A stretch of DNA of 64,000 nt from Bacteroidia bacterium. Lineage in GTDB: Bacteria; Bacteroidota; Bacteroidia; AKYH767-A; OLB10. The position numbers were made by a program, and so were the translations under genes. This document shows, in pieces, positions 57,138-64,000 of the stretch (positions are counted from its first letter, which is position 1; each line of letters opens with the position of its first letter). The notes below the pieces were generated by a model. That model was given only the letters and a program-made list of their open reading frames with translations. It did no database searches and was not told the DNA's origin. Location: assembly GCA_035340715.1 (NCBI GenBank), contig DAOQTX010000005.1, forward strand, positions 6,453 through 70,452, given 5' to 3'.

Positions 57138-60100
57138 ATGCATAAGAAACTCTACTCTACGCTGTTATTATTATTATTTGCAGTTGGTGCCTGGGCACAA
57201 TCAGGAACCATTAAAGGACGTGTACTTGATAAAAGCACAAAGGAACCGCTGCCATTTGCTAACGTTGTTGCCGAACTAAACGGAACCCAAGCCGGAGGTG
57301 CACAAACGGACTTTGATGGTTATTTCACCATAAAGCCGCTTACGCCCGGTAAGTATGATTTGAAAGCCAGCTTTGTTGGTTATTCAACTGGTGCTATTAG
57401 TGGTGTGATTGTTTCGGCCGACAAAATCACTTTCCAGGATGTGATCTTACCCAAAACAGGGGTAGATATTACCCAGGTTGAGATTCAGGAATTTAAAATT
57501 CCTGTAATCGACAAAGGTAATGCCTCTACACAGGCAACCATTACCCAGGAAGACATTAAAGTAGCGCCTACGCGTGACGTACGTGCTGTTGCCTCTACTA
57601 CAGCAGGGGTTGCACAGCGAGATGAAGGAGATGCCTTGAATATTCGAGGATCTCGTTCAGACGCGACTGACTATTATATAGACGGTATAAAAGTTCGTGG
57701 GTCAACAAATCTTCCTCAGGCAGGTATTGAGCAGGTTACAGTAGTAACCGGTGGTGTACCGGCTCAATATGGTGATGCAACAGGAGGTATTATTAATATT
57801 ACTACTCGCGGACCATCTAAAGATTATTTTGGAGGAATTGAATATTCAACTTCCGAGTTATTTGATGAATACGGATATAATTTGGTAGGTGGGAACATTT
57901 CCGGACCATTATTCTCCAGAAAGACCGATAAAGGTAAAGAGCCGGTAGTAGGTTTCTTTATTTCTGGTGAGTTTCAATCGGAAGCCGATCCAGATCCATC
58001 TTCTATAGGAATGTATAAGGTGAAGGATGATAAGTTTAATTTCATTCAACAAAATCCTCTTCGTCCCAATCCGGTTGGACAAGGAACTTTGCGTGAATCA
58101 GAATTTATTACACTTGATGACTTAGAGAAAATCAATATCAAGCAAAACACAAAATCGCAAGGATTTAGAATTCAAGGAAAGTTTGATTATTCACCGATAA
58201 AGAATCTAAATCTAACATTGGGTGGATCGTACGATCGTTCAAGATATCATCAGTATATTCAAACGTATTCTTTATTCAACCACGAAAACAATCCTCAAAT
58301 AACAGATAATACTTGGCGTGTATTTGGTCGGGTAACTCAGAAATTTGGCTCAACCTATGATTTAAAAGAAGGAACCTCAAAGAGTATTAAGAATGCCTAC
58401 TTCTCATTGCAGTTGGATTATTCTAAATATACCCAAACCAATGAAGACGATTCGCACGAAGACCGTTACTTCAATTATGGTTATGTAGGACAATTTAATA
58501 CCAGCCGTGTACCATTGTACGCTCCGGGAATCGTTATCCAAGGAAACGATACTTTCAATGTAACTGAATTGGTAACCTATGTTGACAATGGAGTTTCTTT
58601 TAATCCTTATGATAATACAGGTACCATTATTAGCCCTCAGACAACTAATTATACATCTCAGTATTACAATATTGTAGGTACTGGTACTAGCGCAACTTCT
58701 TCTTTAAGTGCTATACAAAACGGTGGAGGATTGTTGAACGGACAAAGACCTACTCCAAGTTATTCTTTATGGCACAATACAGGTCGTCAGAACAACTTGT
58801 ATCAAGTTACAGATAATAGCCAATGGCGTGTTTCATTATTCGGATCAGCCGATATTAAAAACCATGCTATTCGTGCAGGTATTGAGTATGAACAAAGAAT
58901 TGACCGTCAATATGCTTTAAACCCAATTGGTTTATGGACAATCATGCGTCAGTTGTCGAACATCAAAAATGCTCAATTGGATTTAAATAATCCAATTAAC
59001 CTGGGCAACCCGGGCGGACCATTTGCGAATGGAGATACGGTTATCTATAATGCTCTTTATGTACAAGGCGCTTCTACAGGATTCTTTGAAAATGTAAGAC
59101 AAAGACTTGGATTGAGCAACTTAGATTATTTGGATATTGATAGTTATGATCCAAGTGTGTTCTCGCTGGATTTATTTAATCCTGATGAGATATTGAATAA
59201 CGGTAATCCTTTAGTGAACTATTATGGATATGATTACTTAGGTGAAAAAACTACAGGAGAAGATATAACTTTTGAGCAGTTCTTCAATGAAGTAGATGAC
59301 AAAGGAAACTTTACAAGAAAAATTGATGCATTTCGTCCGGTATATGGAGCATTCTTCATTCAGGATAACTTCGCATTTCGCGACCTGATCTTTAACGTAG
59401 GTGTTCGTATCGACCGTTTTGATGCCAATCAGAAAGTATTGAAAGACAAATATCTTCTTTATCCTGCACGTACTGCCGGTGAAGTGGCCGGATTGGGTGC
59501 TCATCCATCCAACATAGGATCAGACTATGTGGTTTATGTTGATGATCTAAATAACCCAACTTCTATCGTTGGTTACCGCGATAATGATATTTGGTATGAT
59601 GCTACCGGTGCGGTAGTAAACAATCCGGGGGTTTTAGCAGCTGCTACCTCTTCTGGAACGATTCAACCTTATTTGATCAATCCGAATGATGATATTAAGA
59701 GCAAAACATTTAATGTGAACGGTAGCTTTACCGACTATGATCCACAAATTAATGTAATGCCTCGTATTGCTTTTTCCTTCCCTATTTCTGATGAAGCGTT
59801 GTTCTTCGCACACTACGATGTGTTGACTCAACGCCCACCATCACGTTTAAGAATGAATCCAATTCAGTGGTTATTTATTACGGATGCTCAAGGGACCGTA
59901 TTTAACAATCCTGATTTGAAACCGGAAAAAACAATTGATTACGAAGTTGGTTTCAAGCAAGCATTGAGTAAGAGTTCAGCATTAAGTATTTCTGCTTTCT
60001 ATCGCGAATTGCGCGATCAGATTCAGATTGTAAACGTAAACTACGCTTATCCAATTCAATATACCACATTTGATAATGTTGACTTTGGAACAGTTAAAGG

Positions 60101-60809
60101 TTTGAGTTTCTCTTACGATTTAAGAAGAACAGGAAATGTTCGATTAACTGCGAGCTATACACTTCAATTTGCTGAAGGTACCGGTTCAGGAGATGCCTCA
60201 AGTTTAAATTTGATCAACTCAGGACAACCAAACCTTAAAGTTTTAATTCCTTTAGATTTCGATCAGCGACATAATATTGTTACTTCTATCGACTATCGTT
60301 ACGGAAGTGGAAAAGACTATAATGGGCCAATGTGGTTTGGAAAACAGTTCCTTTCTAATTTTGGAACAAACTTCATATTCCGTGCTTCTTCTGGAACACC
60401 ATATAGCCAACAGGCTAATATTACACAAGAAGGTGCATTTGGTATTGTTCAGCAAGCCAAGTTGAAAGGCGGTATTAATTCTGCTCGTCTTCCGTGGCAG
60501 TTTAGAGTGGACATGCGAATTGACAAAAGCTTTGACTTGAAATATGGAAAAGAAAACTCGAAGAGTGCAGAGTTGAACGTTTACTTGCTCATTCAGAATT
60601 TATTGGATAACGAAAATATTATCAGTGTTTATCGTGCTACAGGTAATCCCGATGACGATGGTTACTTAACTGCTCCTGAAGCTCAAGCGGCTATTGCGAG
60701 TAAAAACAGTACCCAGGCATTTATCGATCAGTACCGTATCAAGGTTGATAATCCTGATAATTACAGTATTCCTATTCGTGCTCGTTTAGGTTTAGCTTTA
60801 TCCTTTTAA
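57138..60809 (+). CDS. oversized TonB-dependent-receptor-like outer membrane protein (CarboxypepD_reg-like domain plus plug plus a very large barrel)
   Basis: It is 1223 aa with a signal peptide ending AWAQ. It has GTIKGRVLDKSTKEPLPFANVV...GYFTIKPLTPGKYDLKASFVGY, a plug (ALNIRGSRSDATDYYIDGIKV...VPAQYGDATGGIINITT) and the terminal ...RLGLALSF. Confidence 0.8.
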   Translation: MHKKLYSTLLLLLFAVGAWAQSGTIKGRVLDKSTKEPLPFANVVAELNGTQAGGAQTDFDGYFTIKPLTPGKYDLKASFVGYSTGAISGVIVSADKITFQDVILPKTGVDITQVEIQEFKIPVIDKGNASTQATITQEDIKVAPTRDVRAVASTTAGVAQRDEGDALNIRGSRSDATDYYIDGIKVRGSTNLPQAGIEQVTVVTGGVPAQYGDATGGIINITTRGPSKDYFGGIEYSTSELFDEYGYNLVGGNISGPLFSRKTDKGKEPVVGFFISGEFQSEADPDPSSIGMYKVKDDKFNFIQQNPLRPNPVGQGTLRESEFITLDDLEKINIKQNTKSQGFRIQGKFDYSPIKNLNLTLGGSYDRSRYHQYIQTYSLFNHENNPQITDNTWRVFGRVTQKFGSTYDLKEGTSKSIKNAYFSLQLDYSKYTQTNEDDSHEDRYFNYGYVGQFNTSRVPLYAPGIVIQGNDTFNVTELVTYVDNGVSFNPYDNTGTIISPQTTNYTSQYYNIVGTGTSATSSLSAIQNGGGLLNGQRPTPSYSLWHNTGRQNNLYQVTDNSQWRVSLFGSADIKNHAIRAGIEYEQRIDRQYALNPIGLWTIMRQLSNIKNAQLDLNNPINLGNPGGPFANGDTVIYNALYVQGASTGFFENVRQRLGLSNLDYLDIDSYDPSVFSLDLFNPDEILNNGNPLVNYYGYDYLGEKTTGEDITFEQFFNEVDDKGNFTRKIDAFRPVYGAFFIQDNFAFRDLIFNVGVRIDRFDANQKVLKDKYLLYPARTAGEVAGLGAHPSNIGSDYVVYVDDLNNPTSIVGYRDNDIWYDATGAVVNNPGVLAAATSSGTIQPYLINPNDDIKSKTFNVNGSFTDYDPQINVMPRIAFSFPISDEALFFAHYDVLTQRPPSRLRMNPIQWLFITDAQGTVFNNPDLKPEKTIDYEVGFKQALSKSSALSISAFYRELRDQIQIVNVNYAYPIQYTTFDNVDFGTVKGLSFSYDLRRTGNVRLTASYTLQFAEGTGSGDASSLNLINSGQPNLKVLIPLDFDQRHNIVTSIDYRYGSGKDYNGPMWFGKQFLSNFGTNFIFRASSGTPYSQQANITQEGAFGIVQQAKLKGGINSARLPWQFRVDMRIDKSFDLKYGKENSKSAELNVYLLIQNLLDNENIISVYRATGNPDDDGYLTAPEAQAAIASKNSTQAFIDQYRIKVDNPDNYSIPIRARLGLALSF

Positions 60810-60843
60810 TTAATATTTAAAAAACTTTTAATCGATATATACA

Positions 60844-63800
60844 ATGAAGAGATTAATAAGCAGTAGTTTGGTTCTTTCAATAATATTAGCCGGTAATGTT
60901 TTGGCTAAAGAAAAACCAGGCAGTATTTCGCCAAAAAATAATTCGCTTCCCGGTGTGGCAGTTGCCGATTGTGATCCTGGAAAAGCACAATCAGATTTGA
61001 AAGTTAATAATGTACGGGCCCGTATCTTAACGGGTGGTGACATGTTTTGGGATCTAAGCAACCAAGTTTATGAAGTTCCTATTGGTTCAGGTAAACATTC
61101 TATGTATGCTGCAGCCTTATGGATCGGTGGTCAAGATGCAGGGGGACAAATTAAAGTTGCCGCTCAAACCTACCGACAAGATGGAAATGATATGTGGCCC
61201 GGACCGGTTGACCTAGGAACCATTTCTACAGAAAAGGCACTTTGTTCTGCTTATGATAAGCATTTTGCTATGACCAGAACTGAAGTATTAGATTTCATTA
61301 ACAACGGTGTAGCCAGCAACAACATTAAAAACTGGCCGGGTAATCGTCCTGACGATCCAAACATTCCATTTGCTCCTTACTTCGATTCAAACGGTGATGG
61401 CATTTATGATTATTCTCAAGGAGATTATCCTTATTATAATTTTTCAGGTGAATATCCATTAGATACATGTAATGTTCCTGTTGATCAGAAAACACCGGTA
61501 TGTAACGATTATTTGTTTGGAGACCAATCATTATGGTGGGTATTCAACGATTTAGGAAATATTCATACTTCTTCCGATAGTCAGTCTCAAATTGGTTTGG
61601 AAATACAAGCACAAGGTTTTGCTTTTAAAACCAATGATGAGATTAATAATATGACCTTTTATAAGTATAAGATTATCAATGCCTCATCATTCTCATTAAA
61701 CAATACTTATTTCGGTCAGTGGGTTGACCCTGATTTAGGAAACTATAATGACGACTTTGTTGGTTGTGATGTAGGTTTAGGATTGGGCTTTGTTTACAAT
61801 GGCGATGCAGATGATGACGGAGCTGCCGGATATGGCTTAACACCTCCAGCAGCCGGGTTCGACTTTTTTCAAGGACCTATTGCTGATCCAAACGATGGCA
61901 AAGACAATGATAAGGATGGTACAATAGACGAATGTGAAGAGCAGATCATCATGTCAAAATTTGTATATTATGATAACGTAAACGGAATTCCAAATGGTAA
62001 TCCTGATGGAGTAAATCATTTTTACAATTATTTACAGGGTATTTGGGGCGATGGTTTACAGATGACTTATGGTGAGGATGGGAGAAATCAAGCCAATCCT
62101 CCTTGCGATTATATGTTTCCGGGCACATCAGATCCTGCTTTCCCGGGACAACCTTGGACTGAAGTTACTGCAGGGAATACTCCTGCCGACCGTAGATTTT
62201 TACAATCTGCTGGTCCATTTACGCTTCAGCCGGGCGCGGTTAATTATATTACCGTTGGTGTGGTTTGGGCTCGTGCCTCAAGCGGTGGTCCTGAAGCATC
62301 GATAGGATTGATTAAAGCTGCTGATCAAAAAGCGCAGAAATTATTTGATGCTTGTTTTAAACTGGCCGATGGACCTAATGCGCCCGATATGGCAATCAGA
62401 GAATTGAATAGAGAATTAATTTTCAGTTTAGTTGATTATGACACCAGTACAGTTGAAAGATATGATGAGGTGAAAGTAAGTGATATCGTAGCGGGTTATC
62501 CGGACAGTTTATTCCGTTTCAGATTCCAGGGATACCAATTGTATCAATTAAACGATGCAACAGTTACCACCTCAGAGTTGAAAGATCCGAGCCGCGCCCG
62601 TTTAATAGCTCAGGCCGATGTACAGGACAGCATTACCAAAATAGTGAACTACTATTTTGATGATTTGGCACAAGCTTATGTACCGGTAGTAGAAGTAGTA
62701 GGAGCAAATGAAGGATTGAAGCATACCTTCAGAATCACCAACGATGAGTTTGCAACCGGTAATACCCGATTGATCAATAACAAGACGTATTATTTTACCA
62801 TTGTAAGCTATGCTCATAATTACTATACGGTAGAAGACCCAAGTGATAGTACTAAAACTAAGTTTCAGTTGGCTCCATACTTCCAGGGCAGAAACAACGT
62901 AAAAGTTTACAGTGCTATCCCACACTTGCCTCAAGTAGAGAACAATGGGCAAATCTTGGGCAGTCAATATGGCTCAAGTGTACCGGTTCAGCGATTGGAA
63001 GGAACAGGTAATGGAGGAAATGCATTAGAGTTGACAGCAGCGAGTTTGGCGAGCATGTGGACCAATACAGAGAATCGAATCTACCAGCCTTCCTATGAAA
63101 TTGGAAAAGGACCATTAAATGTACAGGTTTACGATCCGGTATTGGTACGTAGCTATGGCTTTGAGACCAAGTTTGATGGCGTAAGCGGTGGATCGAATTG
63201 GAGTATGAAAAACCTGAACACGAACTTGACCTACGGTTCGGAGCGAACATTAGGAGAAGTAAATGAGCAAGTATTACCCGAGTGGGGCTTAACGGCACGC
63301 ATCTCCCAGGTGAATGAAGCAGGCGAGAGCGGAGCGATCAATAATGGATTTATAGAAGCAAGTATCGTATATGGCGATGCAGCCGACCGTTGGTTGAGTG
63401 CTATAGCCGATACAGACGATGATACCCCAACGGATTGGATCCGATCTGGTGATCAACTGGGTGATGAGTTGGGAGACATCGATGAAGTTTACGAAGGTGT
63501 ATTAGGAGGAACATGGGCTCCATATCGCTTGTGTGCAAAATCGGGCGATGGCTCACCCAAGTGGAACAATGCAGGGACCAATGCCTTATCGAGTTTGAAT
63601 GCAATCAGCAGTGTTGATATTGTATTTACTCCTGATAAGAGCAAGTGGAGCAGATGTGTAGTGTTGGATTCAAAAGAGACGAGCAATAAGTTGAACATAT
63701 TGAAGAATCCAAGCTTGAACAAGAATGGAGATACGATAGTAGGGGCAGACAATAATGACTATCCTTTAGGAATGAGTTGGTTCCCGGGTTATGCGGTGAA

Positions 63801-64000
63801 CGTAGAAACGGGCGAGCGCTTGAACATAGCCTTTGCAGAGAATCCGGACTTAGTGGATGATAATGGTAATGACATGAAGTGGAATCCAAGTTCAAGAGCG
63901 ACCGATGCGAGTGGCAATGATGTCATGGGAGGAATGCACTTTATCTATGTATTCAACCACCTACGCGACTCCTTGAATTCACAGGGAGTGAGTATAGATG
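60844..64000 (+). CDS. large secreted protein of unknown function (partial; runs off the window end)
   Basis: It is not in the ORF track because it is open-ended. ATG 60844 lies 34 nt after the barrel gene, and the signal peptide is MKRLISSSLVLSIILAGNVLA. I translated about 2.0 kb of it in three stretches (60844..61440, 61441..62460, 62881..63999) without meeting a stop. Motifs include LWIGGQD, MWPGPV, LWWVFNDLGN, TFYKYKIIN, YFGQWVDPDLGN, DNDKDGTIDECEE and DRRFLQSAGPFTLQPG. I recall this conserved block pattern from FCB-group hypothetical proteins. Confidence 0.75.
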   Translation, partial: MKRLISSSLVLSIILAGNVLAKEKPGSISPKNNSLPGVAVADCDPGKAQSDLKVNNVRARILTGGDMFWDLSNQVYEVPIGSGKHSMYAAALWIGGQDAGGQIKVAAQTYRQDGNDMWPGPVDLGTISTEKALCSAYDKHFAMTRTEVLDFINNGVASNNIKNWPGNRPDDPNIPFAPYFDSNGDGIYDYSQGDYPYYNFSGEYPLDTCNVPVDQKTPVCNDYLFGDQSLWWVFNDLGNIHTSSDSQSQIGLEIQAQGFAFKTNDEINNMTFYKYKIINASSFSLNNTYFGQWVDPDLGNYNDDFVGCDVGLGLGFVYNGDADDDGAAGYGLTPPAAGFDFFQGPIADPNDGKDNDKDGTIDECEEQIIMSKFVYYDNVNGIPNGNPDGVNHFYNYLQGIWGDGLQMTYGEDGRNQANPPCDYMFPGTSDPAFPGQPWTEVTAGNTPADRRFLQSAGPFTLQPGAVNYITVGVVWARASSGGPEASIGLIKAADQKAQKLFDACFKLADGPNAPDMAIRELNRELIFSLVDYDTSTVERYDEVKVSDIVAGYPDSLFRFRFQGYQLYQLNDATVTTSELKDPSRARLIAQADVQDSITKIVNYYFDDLAQAYVPVVEVVGANEGLKHTFRITNDEFATGNTRLINNKTYYFTIVSYAHNYYTVEDPSDSTKTKFQLAPYFQGRNNVKVYSAIPHLPQVENNGQILGSQYGSSVPVQRLEGTGNGGNALELTAASLASMWTNTENRIYQPSYEIGKGPLNVQVYDPVLVRSYGFETKFDGVSGGSNWSMKNLNTNLTYGSERTLGEVNEQVLPEWGLTARISQVNEAGESGAINNGFIEASIVYGDAADRWLSAIADTDDDTPTDWIRSGDQLGDELGDIDEVYEGVLGGTWAPYRLCAKSGDGSPKWNNAGTNALSSLNAISSVDIVFTPDKSKWSRCVVLDSKETSNKLNILKNPSLNKNGDTIVGADNNDYPLGMSWFPGYAVNVETGERLNIAFAENPDLVDDNGNDMKWNPSSRATDASGNDVMGGMHFIYVFNHLRDSLNSQGVSID

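Noticed and set aside
62602-63895. Five overlapping minus-strand ORFs (62602..62967, 62915..63298, 63401..63604, 63489..63752, 63626..63895) might suggest genes on the opposite strand.
   Set aside because: The plus-strand frame starting at 60844 shows no stop in this region (62881..63999 translated) and encodes conserved-looking motifs. The minus ORFs overlap each other in all three frames, a signature of the T-poor composition noted as a separate finding rather than of real genes.
1-64000. I searched the window for rRNA, tRNA, CRISPR repeats, IS elements, transposases, integrases and prophage genes.
   Set aside because: None was found. Intergenic regions are short (the longest are about 315 and 365 nt) and show no tRNA-like T-arm or acceptor motifs. 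No ORF carries DDE, tyrosine- or serine-recombinase or phage structural signatures that I can recognise by eye.

Overview
This is an AT-rich chromosomal segment that reads as Bacteroidota, probably a gliding Flavobacteriia-like organism. That placement is an inference from T9SS type A and type B C-terminal sorting domains, a GldD homologue, four TonB-dependent-type barrels and recurring TAnnTTTG promoter boxes. I count about 43 protein-coding genes. Two of them are open-ended and therefore missing from the ORF track: sucA at 1..560 on the minus strand, and a large secreted protein from 60844 to the window end. Housekeeping genes include sucA, tsaB, metH (with a clear SAM-I riboswitch, promoter and terminator), tilS, a pabB-like gene, pruA and smc. 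The accessory content is cell-surface heavy. It includes a 1522-aa adhesin with thirteen in-register 71-aa repeats, several T9SS cargo proteins, a TolC/adaptor pair and a LemA-TPM-TPM module. I found no rRNA, tRNA, CRISPR array, transposase, integrase or recognisable defence island. The most interesting candidates for an undescribed system are: (1) 33.6-41.2 kb, where a TonB-dependent barrel, a surface lipoprotein built from duplicated OB-like barrel units, a T9SS-secreted HKD/PLD-family enzyme carrying the same unit, and a divergent secreted EEP-fold nuclease may form an extracellular nucleic-acid capture/uptake locus; (2) 54.6-56.5 kb, a CxxC thioredoxin-fold lipoprotein translationally coupled to a heme-c (CxxCH) domain fused to a peptidylglycine-monooxygenase-like copper domain; (3) 10.9-13.4 kb, a truncated RnfD/NqrB-like membrane protein overlapping a DUF2330-like exported protein; (4) 57.1-64.0 kb, an oversized TonB-type barrel followed by a >1050-aa secreted protein whose codon usage shifts in its last ~1.1-1.5 kb. 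All family assignments come from motif recognition by eye and memory. No searches were run.
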